Origin: Rhodosorus marinus CCMP1338
Taxonomy: Eukaryota; Plantae; Rhodophyta
Length of the DNA: 64,000 nt
Reading direction: 5' to 3'
Assembly: GCA_029953675.1 (NCBI GenBank)
Contig: JAMWBK010000006.1
Span: 2,108,001-2,172,000, forward strand
Part shown: positions 11,367-23,748 of the stretch, one piece after another
How the letters are laid out: each line of letters begins with the position of its first letter
Position numbering within the stretch: the stretch's first letter is position 1
Made by a program: the position numbers and the translations under genes
Notes under the pieces: model-generated
The model's input: only the letters and a program-made list of their open reading frames with translations
Databases searched by the model: none
What the model was told of the DNA's origin: nothing

Positions 11367-13229
11367 ATGGACGGCGGATATGTTAGAGCAGCCTTGACGG
11401 ATGCATATCAGATCACCATGGCGTATGGACACTGGAAGCATGGTCGGGCCGAGGAGAAGAGTGCTTTCGAGGTAATTTTTAGGAGAGGGCCTTTCGGGGG
11501 TCCGTTTGCAGTGTTCGCTGGCTTGGAGGACTTCCTAGAGTTTGTCGGCAAGTTTGCGTTCAACGATGGTGACCTTGCTTTTCTCATGAAGAACTACCCG
11601 GAAATGGATCGTAGCTTCTTCGACTGGCTCCGGAATGTAGATACGTCAAGAGTTGTGATACGGTCAGTCAAGGAGGGAACGGTTGTTTTTCCTATGGAAC
11701 CTCTGGTTACGGTTGAAGGTCCGCTGGCTGTGGTACAGCTTCTGGAGACAGCATTGCTTAATCTAACGAATTTTGCGTCGCTGGTTTGTACGAATGCGCT
11801 CCGACACCGGATCGTCGCCGGCCCAAAAGCAAACCTCGTTGAGTTTGGACTTCGACGCGCACAAGGACCAGATGGAGCAATGACAGCGAGTTTCTACTCG
11901 TACGCTGGAGGAGTTGATGCCACAAGCAACGTCCTTGCCTCCGAATTGTACGGGATCCCCCTCCGCGGAACTCACTCTCATTCCTACGTGCAGAGCTATT
12001 CAGGTGCTGTGTCCAGCCCCCTCAACACATGACTCACTGGCAGGAATACAGCCAAGAGCTTAAGGAGAACTTGCTCTAATTGTACACAGGAGAGGACCTT
12101 GCCAAAGTCAACGGCAACATAAAGACGCCATGCGGCGAGTCCCGGAGTCTTCTCGCTACGACTCTTGAGCATAGAAGGAGGCTCGGTTGGATGGAAACAA
12201 ACCATGGCGAGCTGGCGGCATTTGTATCCTATGCACAGGCTTTCCCTACAGGTTTCCTCGCTTTGGTAGACACCTACAATACATTGGGCAGTGGAATTCT
12301 GAACTTCATCATGGTAGGGATGGCGCTCGTTGATGCGGGATATTCCCCGGTTGGAGTTCGTCTGGATTCTGGAGACCTGGCGGAATTGTCGATTCTCGTC
12401 CGGGAAAAGTTGAAAGCGGTTGCGGCCGAGGACCCACGCTATGAAAAGCTAGCCAGGTGCACAATAATGGCGTCCGACAACATCAACGAGGAGAGTCTGC
12501 TGGAAATGAACGAACGTCATCATGAAATCAATTCGTTTGGTATCGGAACTAACCTGGTGACCTGTCAGGCTCAACCAGCGCTGGGTTAGTTCAGAGTCAG
12601 AAGAATAGGAGCCGCCCTTAACAGCTGCTTTTCCAACTTTCCCTGAAGGCCACTATTTTTGGCATGCGTTCATGTAGGTCTGGTGTTCAAGCTCGTGGAG
12701 ATCAACGACCGGCCCCGAATGAAGATCAGTGGTAGAAAGTCAACACTACCTTGTAAGAAGAGTATCATCAGAATGTACAATAGCTCGATTCCAAAGGTAC
12801 TGGACCTCATCGTGCTCTGCGATCAGCCATTGCCGAGGCTCGGAAAAGAGAGCACCTTCTATAGCCCTACAGATCTGAACGAAAAGTGAGTCGATTAAGC
12901 CACCGACCGTGTTCTTATCTGCGTTCATCAGTTCGCTCGAAAGCGAATAGTCTTACCAGGGTATCTACTGCTTCCGTGCTAGGATCATGTTCACACCAGA
13001 GAGCCTGGAACCACTGCTAAGCGTATCCTACGGTGGCACGGGCAGTGGAAGAAGTTTTGAAACAGCGGAGGAGACGCGATCGTGGCTGAGGTCGCAGCTT
13101 GAGGGGTCTGACATAATCTCCAAATCGATCAACGGCTCCTCAGAACCACATGTCGCTTTATCCTCGGAGTTGCGTGAGGTTGCTCTGCAGGTTATGAAGC
13201 AAGAACTAGGAACTGCAATCCAAGGCTAG
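11367..13229 (+). CDS. NAPRT: Nicotinate phosphoribosyltransferase, multi-exon
   Basis: LTDAYQITMAY, FRRGPFGG, EFGLRRAQGPDG, GTHSHSYVQSY, LVDTYN, GVRLDSGDLA, FGIGTNLVTCQAQPALG|LVFKLVEIN. Short GT-AG introns lie between the ORF-track pieces. Confidence 0.95.
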
Positions 13230-15686
13230 CCGCTGTCAATACGCCGCGCGCGCTGAGCCCGACATGGGAATGAACGGGTGTCCTGGTGGAAAAACGAGAA
13301 ATGTACAGTGGTGTCGTGCGGTGGAGACAAAATTTTGACCAGCTCGCCCAAAGATGAAGAGGAGGGGTCTACGGCTCCCGCTAGACCGAGAAAATGGCGC
13401 AAGGATGTCCGTTTCTGCCATTTTCGAGTAAAAGTGGGTGAGCCTGGGGAGCCTTCCTCGTTCTTCGAACGCGAAGCCCGGATTGACTTTTTCCGCAAGA
13501 GGCAAGACGACCAGGAGCGCCAGGTACCTAGAATGTACGTCAGGGGGGGCTAGCAAGACCTATCTTTGCTGAAGGTGAAGAGGTTGTATGTTGGTTGTTG
13601 CTTGGTTTTCGCTGGCTTCTAGCCATTAACACCATACTTCAACGGGAATCGAACCGGGGACTCACAGCACCAAATGAAATCAGAACGAGATGTGACAGAT
13701 AGATGAGAAATATTCATTATTTTTTTTATCCTCTCAAAGCCCGTCGGTAAGGAGTCCTCCCGCTAATGGTTTTCCAGTGGAATGTGGTTGAAAGGAAAAC
13801 CTAGTTGCGGGCTACTACGGGTTGAATATGTTCACAAGATTTAGATAATTTTAAATAATATTTGAAGTCCAATACTTCACAAAATTTCGTCCACCCCCCG
13901 CACGGGATGCACGGGATTGGTAATCAAAATGCACTCATTTTTGGTTGCTTCGGAACTCGAAGAGCGTTGGCGGTCGTTCAGACTCGTAATAATCCATGAG
14001 TTTGTTTTTTTTCCGGGGCGTACGACCGGGTACGAACACACTAGAAATTTTACCCCCCTTGATCATCCTGTTGTAATTGTCCGAACGGTCAGCTGACAAA
14101 AACAATTCTATTCACATGACATTAATATGTCCCCAAAGGTAACGTTTTCAGGAGTTCAACGGATGGAGCAAGAATTACTTATTTATGACGTTTAAATCAA
14201 TTAGTAATATCACGAAACTGTCGAAATCATTGCTTCCTCCAAACCCCCCCCCCTCCCCGCCCACACCTCCAGCTGTTTATGCGTCTGTCTCGTTGGATCG
14301 CGGTTGTCACCTAGGACAAGATACGGATCCAAAAAAATGACTTCTGAAGCAATAGATACGGCGTTGGAAAAAGCGGGGCTCTTGGCCATCTCGGTATATG
14401 GGCGAACAAGAAATCATCGATTTCTACCATTTCAGCCCGTGAACGAGAATTCTCCAACTTCTCTATCCCCCTAGCCCACCAACCACGAAAACATAAAGTA
14501 CTCACATTTTTATTTCGTTTTTCATGACAAGTTTTCCCATGTGGAGATGATTTCCAGTGTGGGTTTTTTTTTCATTAGAACTCCGGGCGTGCGTTTTTTT
14601 TTAGTACCGATGAGTAAGATTGACCCTTCAATTCTATTTCTCCGGAAACCGACGAATAAGAAAAGAAGAAGAAAAAATTAATTATTGAGAGAATACTTTG
14701 ATTTTATTTCATGTTTCACATTCTCCTGGCAAAAGGAACACTTGCCAATGAACATCGTCCCTTAGGCCCATATAAAATTACCATATTTCAATACATCTGT
14801 ATGGCAATCTACCCAAGGGTGGGCAGAAACGTCAATCCTTGGTATTCTCCCGGGAATCCGTAGTCCCCCCCCCCCTACAACAAAAAGACGTTGGAAGATG
14901 AAAAGAGTCATTCTAAATGGTGAAAAGATCTAAAACCAAATGAGAAACTGTTCGAAAGTGTGATATCGGAAGGGATGGGAGATTTAGGAGGCGGACAGGG
15001 GGTTAAAGATGTTTGGGAATTAATAAGGAATGTGGGTTTTGTAAAGACGGATTTTCACACTCCGTGAAGGGGGAAAAAATCAAGAATCTAGAGGGAGAAC
15101 GGAAGGAAGGGGGGTTAGGGGGTTAAGGATTATGCGTTGACGTGCCGTTTTTTCTATTTTTGAATGGTTTTGGAGGGTTCTTGAGTTCAGGTGGCGTTTG
15201 TGTTTAACGCCTTGGATTTCTCGTTATGTCGTTGACGCATGACACCCGTTTTCTTCCGATAATGCAGAAGTGGAGGAGAGGGGAGGGGAAGGGGGAGGGG
15301 TGAGCTTAGATTTGGGGATTACGGTTGTGGATGAGAGGAAAGAGTGAGGGGCTCGGGAGTGATGATGAGGAGCTAGGTTTTTGTTAGCTTCTCTTTGGTT
15401 AGTGGAGAGGTGTTTTCGGGGTGTGGGGGAAAGGGGGAAGCTTCAAGTCTTGGTATTTTGGTTTGTGAGGATCGGTGCGCTGTCCTTGACTTGGGACGTT
15501 TGTTTTCGGCTAGCCTGTTACGCTGGGGCTTTTAAAAGTATTTGTGTAGAGGGTTGAAGGGGTTTGTACCCCTTGCGTGCACGGTGGTAGGAGATTCGAG
15601 GCCGTGCTTTGCGGTCTGATTGCACCTGCGCCAGATCTGGAGGTGCGGGCGAGTGTCGTCTTCGTGGCGGTGCGTGTTCTTTGAGG

Positions 15687-17402
15687 ATGGGAAAGGGAAC
15701 CAATGGGAATCATCGGCATGGGACTCCGCGGAGAAGCGCGGGGCTTCCTCGTCGACTTGACGACGATTTTGTGCTTTCCTCTCCCAGCGCGAAGATCGGA
15801 TCCGTCCCTTGTCCAGCATATAAGGTAGATACCCCCATCAGAACAGTGGAGAAGATTGAGACACCACGTCGACAACTGGAGAAGATGGATAAGGTGGAGA
15901 GAGTGGAGGTCGCAAGGAGGCCGCAGAAGCGACAAAGGATCTCGTCGACAAAGCATAGCGCATTTTTTGAGTCCAGTTGGCCGCGGTCCTCCGCTGAGCT
16001 TTGGTCATGGGACCCGCTCGTTCATCATTTCGATGACATCTCGGAATACGACATGAAATTCTTGAGGTCTCCGCTTGTGCCTGAGACAGGAGGTCCTGAG
16101 AATGCGGAGACGCTAAAGAGGGTGCTGCCGTCTGGGAATGAACCACTGGGAAGACACTACTCCTGCGCTTGGCTAGTGGAAGACTCGAAGGAAGTGAACG
16201 GCACTCGAAGGGAACAGTACAGTGCAAACGCTCCCGTGGAGTTTGACAAGCCAATGCTTCCAGAGTATGTCTACACTTACGATCCCGCGACAAGCGTTTG
16301 CGAGGAACTCAATGGGAAGCGTGGCGATGATGGACGTGATCCTTTGGATGAGGCAAAACTAGAGGAGCGGAAAAGCTGCAAGATCAGGAGCTCCAGAGGA
16401 CGACCGCGTGTTCGGCCGCAGGTTACTGACTCCAGCGATCGCAGCGCTTGTAGACCGAAGACTCCTGCGTCTCCTGTCACAGATGGCTCGACATCGTGCG
16501 GGCTGCGATGCTGCTGCCCGGAAGAGAATTCGACGTCGCTCGTGTCCCACGTGAGTGTTGTAAGGCCAGGGAGAGCGCGGAGTGGGAATGAAAGCCCCGT
16601 GGTAGGATCAGTGATTGCAAATCCACCCCACTTGACCAGATCTCATTCGCTTCAAAGTAAGTCAACGTCAACGAGTTTGGTCAAGACGTGGCGAAAACAA
16701 TCATCGTCAACGCCGACAACATACAACGTTAAGCTTGTACTTTGTGGTACTGGTAGAGACTTCAACTTGGAAGCTTCATACGAAGCCTCGATTAGGTTGA
16801 GAACGGGAAGGATATCTTCTGGCAAAACTGATAAGCCCGTCGAAGGGTTTGCTGAGGATTTAATTGACTACAAATTCTCCACTCCTGGGGCAGAAGCTGA
16901 TCGGGATGAACTGCAAGAAGAAATCAAGAGACTGCGGAGGGATCTGTTGGCTGCCGGAAAGGCTCACAAGCCACTCAGGGATCGGCTCCGGATGAAGGCT
17001 AAGAAAGAGGTTTCGCGGTCGGAGAGGACTCGCAAACTTGTTGAAGAGGAGCGGTCAATAATTGAGGAGCTTCAGAAGCTGAAGCAGGCAAGAGCGCGAG
17101 TGGATAAGAACAAGGAAACAGCGTTGCCTAGGCTTGAATTTGACAGTCCCACGCATAGCGGAGGCAGGCACTCCCCTTACAAAATGAAGAAGAGAAGGGG
17201 CCCCTCTCGGTTAACCACGAAGTACCTTCAGGAGTTTTTTGAGTTGAAAAAGCTACGCGATGATCTGCGTAGGATACAAAACTTGGCGGACTTGTGCTAC
17301 CAGAAGGAGCTCGTCAGCCGGGAGGCGACGGAAACTTTGTTTCAAACGTTGAAGGCGCGGATGAAGACTGCATGCAATCCCGAGCTGTTCGAACCTCAAT
17401 AA
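15687..17402 (+). CDS. ADA3: Transcriptional adaptor ADA3/NGG1-like (SAGA/ATAC HAT module)
   Basis: Single ORF. PLGRHYSCAWLVED resembles TADA3 PLGKHYSQRWAQED. The C-terminal DELQEEIKRLRRDL...LRMKAKKEVSRSE helix resembles the TADA3 coiled coil. Similarity is recalled, not searched. Confidence 0.72.
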   Translation: MGKGTNGNHRHGTPRRSAGLPRRLDDDFVLSSPSAKIGSVPCPAYKVDTPIRTVEKIETPRRQLEKMDKVERVEVARRPQKRQRISSTKHSAFFESSWPRSSAELWSWDPLVHHFDDISEYDMKFLRSPLVPETGGPENAETLKRVLPSGNEPLGRHYSCAWLVEDSKEVNGTRREQYSANAPVEFDKPMLPEYVYTYDPATSVCEELNGKRGDDGRDPLDEAKLEERKSCKIRSSRGRPRVRPQVTDSSDRSACRPKTPASPVTDGSTSCGLRCCCPEENSTSLVSHVSVVRPGRARSGNESPVVGSVIANPPHLTRSHSLQSKSTSTSLVKTWRKQSSSTPTTYNVKLVLCGTGRDFNLEASYEASIRLRTGRISSGKTDKPVEGFAEDLIDYKFSTPGAEADRDELQEEIKRLRRDLLAAGKAHKPLRDRLRMKAKKEVSRSERTRKLVEEERSIIEELQKLKQARARVDKNKETALPRLEFDSPTHSGGRHSPYKMKKRRGPSRLTTKYLQEFFELKKLRDDLRRIQNLADLCYQKELVSREATETLFQTLKARMKTACNPELFEPQ

Positions 17403-17568
17403 GCGGATGCCCGGCGTCCGTGACCCAGAATTCGGAAAGTTACCATCAAAGCATAGTTGTAAATACCAAACAGTCGACGTGCTGTGGACTAGGATGCCCG
17501 GCGCTTCCTAATTCCTTTTGTTCATTTTAATAAAAAAGTACCTAAACTGACAAATTGTGAGAGTGAGC

Positions 17569-18354
17569 CTAGAGCTTATGATCCCACCACTTTCCCAGTT
17601 CTTCTCCTGTTAGAGTCACGTCATCGTAGTAGCCACGATCGAACTCTTTATCCTTCTCGGCTCTCAACAGTTCGATATCGAAGACCGCAACATTGTTACC
17701 TGTTGACGCCACGAAAAAGTACAAAGTCAACAAGGCAAACGCAAACAGACATAAGCAGCTGGGAAGGAATATATTCCTTGCATAGGCGAGCTTACCATCT
17801 CGTAACTTAGTCTTCATGCTCTTCCTGGCCAAAAGCCAATCAGGAAGTGGGCCAAGATCTGGGCCAACATACCCAAAGACGGGGGGTACCACAACACGTC
17901 GTCTGCCGCCGACTTTCATGGTATGCACTGCTTCTTCAACGCCCTGTACGGTAAACCCACCTCCATGCTTGAATAAATACGGCTCTTTGCGAAACTCGGA
18001 CCCATCAACCTTGATCAACCTCTCGCCTGCCTCAACGGCATAAGTCGTGTAATTTATCCACACAATATCTCCCCACTTAGGCTCATTTCCAGTTCCCTCC
18101 CGGAAATCCACGTACCGTATCCCTGACTTCAAAGTCCTCATCACCGGTGCTTTACTCCCCTGATTCTCCTCACCCCAGGCAGGCATCCCACCACCTTGCT
18201 GCACCAACCATCCACCAACAACTCCACCCAAACCGGTGAGAAGCTCCCGCCTCGTCAGCCCACCATCCTCCGCAACAGCAGGGCAGGCAACGCTCCTACC
18301 CATTTTCGTGCCAGGAGCAAGATTTGCTCCGATATTGACAAACCCTACACTCAT
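17569..18354 (-). CDS. FKBP-type peptidyl-prolyl isomerase, thylakoid-lumen targeted
   Basis: SGIRYVDFREGTG, GVEEAVHTMKVGGRRRVVVPPVFGY, VAVFDIELL. Bipartite leader with a twin-arginine motif TRRELL. One intron near 17790-17700. Confidence 0.9.
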   Translation of the reverse strand: MSVGFVNIGANLAPGTKMGRSVACPAVAEDGGLTRRELLTGLGGVVGGWLVQQGGGMPAWGEENQGSKAPVMRTLKSGIRYVDFREGTGNEPKWGDIVWINYTTYAVEAGERLIKVDGSEFRKEPYLFKHGGGFTVQGVEEAVHTMKVGGRRRVVVPPVFGYVGPDLGPLPDWLLARKSMKTKLRDGKLAYARNIFLPSCLCLFAFALLTLYFFVASTGNNVAVFDIELLRAEKDKEFDRGYYDDVTLTGEELGKWWDHKL

Positions 18355-19170
18355 TTTATAAAGTATTCCAAAAACAACTCCAACCAAAACCCCCAGCTAC
18401 TCTACTAAACACTCTTCAGCTCGCTCTACCATCCTCAGCTCGTAAACAGATTTTTGTCGACGACCAGAACCACAACCACCATGACCCAGACCACGGCCAT
18501 TCTCACTGCTTCACAATCTCTCCCGATCTTTAGAGATAGTATCCGACCGCGGAACCTCCACTGCTTCCGCAATATCGTGGTGGAAGGCGACGATCCCGAA
18601 GGAACCGTTTTCCAGCTAGCTCTGCTGGTTGACAACAAAGCTGTTCCTGTGGGTGGATTGTACGTCAGGTTGAAGAGGAACTAGAGGTTTTCGCTGATCC
18701 ATCGAACCGCTCATCTGTTGGGTAAAGCTCATTTAACTGAACTGAATCGTGCCGGAGGGAATGGACAAGCCTAGGCACTGGACATAGTGGTTGGAGACAT
18801 GAGAACATCGTTCTTAGTTCGATGACCTACCGGACAGCTTTGCTGCGTCTCGTAGTCCTTGTCGATTTCGCTGCTTACAAGCTAGAGCAATAGGGAGATC
18901 GTGGTCCTTCGTTCTGGACACACAGGACGAAGGACGACGAGGTTGTTGTAGCACACAAGAGCGTTGTTTCTCTGAAGTAGGACGCTTCCATTTGGACACA
19001 CTAGTGCCGGATCTCCCTGATCTTATCCTGCGAACCAACTGAATGACAACCTCACAGCGGACTGGCTCCAGTCGGTTGGATGTGATTGCCAAGCTTGAGA
19101 ACGGATTACGAGGTGGTCCACGGCCCCGCAGTAAGTCTTCAAAAATGAGAAAACTAGATTGTCGACAGTG

Positions 19171-20114
19171 CTACTTTACTAGAGACAAAGTTAGATCTGC
19201 TTCAACAGCAAGCTTACCAGCCACATATCCCCTTTAGAACGGATGGGATCAAAGAGTTCAGTGTTGGATAGAAGGAGCTTGGAGAAAGAATGCATTCTTT
19301 CGAGAGTTGTCACTTACTTGGTTGCAAACTTGGCGATGCCAAACCTCTGTTTGAAGTTGGTGACTTTTGATTCCAGCACTAGCGTATCTCCAGGAGTGAT
19401 GGGACGGCGGAACTTGACCTTGTCGATGCCAGCGAAGAAGAACGCTTTGATGTCCTCCTTGTTCTCCGTGAGAGGAGGTTGCAACAGTAGAATACCGCTC
19501 AACTGAAAGTAGAAGAACACAGGAGAGCTGGCTAAGGAGACTACCATTATCCGCTAGTGGATTCGTACTGAAAGTTCTACCTGAGCCAGTGCCTCGATCA
19601 TCATAACACCAGGAAAGATCGGATTTTCTGGAAAATGACCAGTGAACTGAGGCTCATTGAAAGTAACATTCTTAATCCCTACGATGCTTTCTCCACCAAC
19701 GAGGTCAACGACTCTATCGACGAGAAGGAACGGGTATCTGCATTGGGTTAATGTAAGCAAACAAGACGTCAGTTCCTTTGGTCAGCACTATGCCCATCCT
19801 GAGGGTTTACTCCCGATCGTACCTATGTGGTAGCTCCTTCAGGACATCAAGAGGTCCTAGGACAGTTTCCGCCGCTACAGTAAAAAAGTCTCAAAATGAG
19901 TTCTTCTCATACAAAAATACAAAATTAAGACAGAAACACCAAGAGCTGGCGAGAAACACATACCAGCGGGGTTGCTCGAAATTTCGATGCCTTTCCATAC
20001 CACAGGAGCGTCCTCCTGGTATCGAATTGTTCCTACCCTCCTCGGACATACGGCACGCACGCCCGTGGTCGCGGTGCTGATCGATCCTTTCCCATTCACA
20101 CAAAATCCTAACAT
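19171..20114 (-). CDS. fabZ: 3-hydroxyacyl-ACP dehydratase, plastid FAS II
   Basis: [41 protein letters not shown]|[23 protein letters not shown]. The last exon reads [19 protein letters not shown]. Transit-like N-terminus MLGFCV. Confidence 0.95.
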
Positions 20115-21641
20115 ATCTCAACTACCAACCGCCCCGAAGTAAAGACCAAGCAGAGTCTCAGTACCTATTCACACCCTTCCAAACCTTGTTATACCCTGCC
20201 TTCTCAAAACAGACTTTTTCCAGTACAGAATCCTGATGGTCAACAAGTACATCGACCCGCGCGATTCCCATCGGCTAGGGTTTTCCATCGAAAGTATCGA
20301 TCTCGTTGGATCACCGTCAAAATTCGGTTAATCAACGTAGATCTCAGAAACTGGTTCCGTGAGAAGGTGGGACAAGGGTGTCTAGCAGCAGCAGGACAGT
20401 GTGGTGAGGATTTGTTGATTGAAATATGTTGATAAGGCCAATTAAGTTCCGCACACTGATGAAGAGACGCTGGCCACCACCCAGTATCGATCCCGCTTGA
20501 TCAGAGAAAAAGTGCGCACGTGGGACAAGGATGTGTATAGCACGGCAGTGCGGAGAGGATCTATAAAGTGAAGTATGTCTACACGCCCAGTGTAGTTCTG
20601 GGCTCCGATGAGGAGGGGCTGGGTGTTTCCAGTACCCGATCTTTGTTAACTATTTCCGGTTTGGTCGATCTGCGTTGATGACACGCTGATGCCGTGACGA
20701 GGGAACGCGGAAGTTGACGAATTGCTACAACCGTGTACTCGGAGTGCTTGTTACATATGGAAATCTCGCATGGTTCTGCGCACTGAATGGTCAGCGTTAG
20801 TCAGCCTCCGAATCGGCTTGTTTATGTCGATCACAGAGAATGCTTCAATTTCAATGTGGGCAGGAGTTTGAGGACTAGCAGGAGACCATCAAGAGCATTT
20901 ACTGCATCCGTCAGTAGAGTTCGCCTGTTGATGAGTAGGGCCTGGCCTGGGTGTATTAGGCAAGGGCTCCGATCCGTCCGACACCATCACCAGATATCGC
21001 CCATTCCACAGCTTACCACCATTTTAGCCCATGATCAGTCCAAATTTTTGGTGAAAAGTCTACCAAATACAACAGTACCAGCTCAAAATTTAAACTACAC
21101 ATGAGTTAAGATCCATAATTAAACCTTTAAATCTTTTATTTGAACACCTCCAGGCCTAACCTACTCCTATCTATTATGCCACGAATCTTAACAGATTTCT
21201 TGAATATAGAAACCTGACCAATAAAATCTATTTAGAAGAAATAAAAAAGCCATTTATTCTTGATTTTGATAATATCTTCTAGATTTAGATAATATGAGGT
21301 TTCTACATTCTTCCATGCTGGATATTTTGCTTTTGTGTTTTGTGAAAACATTTATGGGTACGGAGTCATCCCATCTGGCACTGATGGAAAGCGCGTTTTG
21401 GGAGATGAGCATATGAGAGTTGATGGCGTTGCGAAAGGTCGGTGGGAAGGGGGAAGTGGGGCGGGAAGAGGGGGGGGGTTAGACTTTGAGCATGGTAAAG
21501 TATTAGGAGGCAGCATCGGATTGAAGTGAATTTGATTTGAAAACTGTGTAGTTCTTGTTGTTTTGGAGGGGAGTTTTCACGGTTTTTCGTTGAAGAGGGA
21601 GTGCTTTTGTGCTGTTTTTTTGTTTGCTTTGTTGAGGAAGT

Positions 21642-22305
21642 ATGAATCCCGGTACGCAGGATTGGGCCCCGACGGTCCTAGGAACTAACAACAGGCGACC
21701 CTCAAAGGCGAGCATGAATCAAGCTGCGAGGGATGGAAAGGTTGAAACTGAGAAGAAATGTGAGCGTTGCCACTTGTCACGATTTGTTCGCTCCCCGTGG
21801 AGACTGAGGCCTTGCCGTTGAGATAGCTAAGTTTTTGTGAATTTTGATTACTGGTCTTAGATGGAGCCGGAGGAAACAAGAAGGGCTCCGACGCAAATAT
21901 GGCTAAGCTGGATGCGGAAACTGAAGATTTCCACCGTAAGCGTTGTGAAAAGAAATGATGAACTTGGGAGTAGTGACCGACCTCCTCACTCATAACTTGA
22001 ATTGTTGGCGATGTGTAGATAAGAAAGTGTCGTCTTCCATGGCACAGGACATTCAGAAGGCACGCCTTAGCAAGAAGATGACTCAGGCGCAGCTTGCGCA
22101 GAGAATAAATGAGAAGCCGCAGATTATCAACGACTATGAGGCTGGGAGGGCGATACCGAACCAGCAGGTAAGTCACCGGGCTCGTGGCCCGCTTCTGGCT
22201 TGGGGGTAGCGCGAATACTGACATTCAGCTCCGCGCGTCCCTACTAAGATCATCGGCAAAATTGAAAGAGCACTGGGCGTGAAGTTGCGAGGGAAGAAGA
22301 AGTGA
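21642..22305 (+). CDS. MBF1: Multiprotein bridging factor 1
   Basis: Four exons: MNPGTQDWAPTVL...VETEKK|...NMAKLDAETEDFH|...IQKARLSKKMTQAQLAQRINEKPQIINDYEAGRAIPNQQ|IIGKIERALGVKLRGKKK*. Confidence 0.95.
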
Positions 22306-23312
22306 TAGCGCATACATGCGTTGCTTCGCACATACGACGCAGCATCGGCTCCCGGAGGATTGTCCGTGCTTTTACGATGTTGTAAAAGTGTAAGAGCATC
22401 AGGAGCCTTTTCCTTTCAATTTAGTGATGAGCGATTAGCACTTAATATACATATAGTTGGTTGAAGTAAAAACCCTACTTCAACGTCAATGCTTTCATGC
22501 ATGTAATGCATAAGAGCGAGCTTCCACATCAACGGAGAGGGCAGCTGTGGTCGCCATATGGGAAACCGCAGGCAGTTAACCGCAGTAATCGTCCTCTGTG
22601 GGTCAGCTACCTTGACAAAACAGAAACAGATTGCTATTCAGAACGAACTCTCTCTTAAATCGGAGAAGGTCGACTACAAAGCAGGCAACTCGGATCTGTT
22701 TAGGCTTGAACTCTCTAGTCATTCGTCGATCAGTTTTCATAAAACGTCCGCCTTCCAAAATTACTTCAATGGTGTTAACGACCTCGCTCAGGTTTGCTCA
22801 CAGCGGTTCTCGTTGAAGACCATAAATGGAACATGAAAGCGAGGATCACCTTGAACTCGATTTTCTGTCACATGGCGGACCGCTCTTCAAGAAAACCGCA
22901 TCCTCCTCAATTGCTTCGTTGAGTCTGCCCTTGTCGGTCGAAACTCTTGTTAAGGAAGATGGTGGATGGGAATCTCAAAGCAAGAGAAGCAGATCACCTA
23001 ATGAAAATTTGCCCTTTCTAGCATAACGCAGGCCTTTCTTCCAAAAAAAAAGAAAGCAGCCTTCTGCTCCAAATCACTCAATGGAGTTCAGCTCTCGCCC
23101 AGGCCTATGGAACAGTACGGTTGGTGAAGAGAACGGCTCGCTCAGCCTCTGCGAGCAACGCTATCGTTTGTGAACAAGCTGTTCAGACTCTCAAAAGCGA
23201 AGAGAGGCAATCCACCCCAAAACAAGCATCTAAACTCACGTCATGTCTTCTCACATTACGTCAATGCGGTTCACCTCTCCGGACAGGCCTTGTGTGAGTA
23301 AACAGTTTTAAC

Positions 23313-23463
23313 TCTCTGGGAAGTGCTCAGAATAGCTACCACCTCACTGGAAAGAGTAGACCGAAAAGTAGCCCAGCTCAAGCGGAGCTCTTAAGCGATA
23401 GTTGGTAGAAGCTCTCTTACCCAGGCCCGACTGACTTTGCATCGCGTTCATCAAGCTTTCGAC
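23313..23463. repeat. Diverged ~150-nt element, copy 1 (upstream of NDUFS6)
   Basis: Aligns end to end with 24111-24254: gggaagtgctca...ggaaagag...ccgaaaag...cccagctc...taagcgatag...gaagctctcttac...gactga...cgttcatcaagcttt. Confidence 0.9.
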
Positions 23464-23748
23464 AATTTGTAGATCGAGAGACCGCAAGAGGATGATGGAA
23501 ATAATTATGTATAAGTGTTCTATGACGGGATGGTTTTGAGGATGGTGGCTAGTCAGAGTATGTTCTAGGAGCCCTTTAAGGTTTTGTGGAGAATGATGAG
23601 AGAGAGAGAGAGAGAGTGAGGGAGGCTTGGAGTGAAGTGGGGTTGTGTGCATAGGGTGTGGTCATTTTATTTTTTCTTTTCGGGTTGAGGAATTTTTGGG
23701 GGGTTTGCAAAAGGTTAGGTTTCAGGTTGCTTGGGTTGGTTTTTTGAG

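Noticed and set aside
13636-13675. tRNA-like T-arm/B-box (minus strand CCCCGGTTCGATTCCCG)
   Set aside because: The T-stem pairs poorly, and no D-arm or adjacent acceptor-stem partner was found. At most a remnant. tRNAscan-SE would settle it.
18454-19250. Possible plus-strand gene divergent from the FKBP
   Set aside because: The first exon looks plausible, but downstream frames are interrupted and no family motif was recognised.
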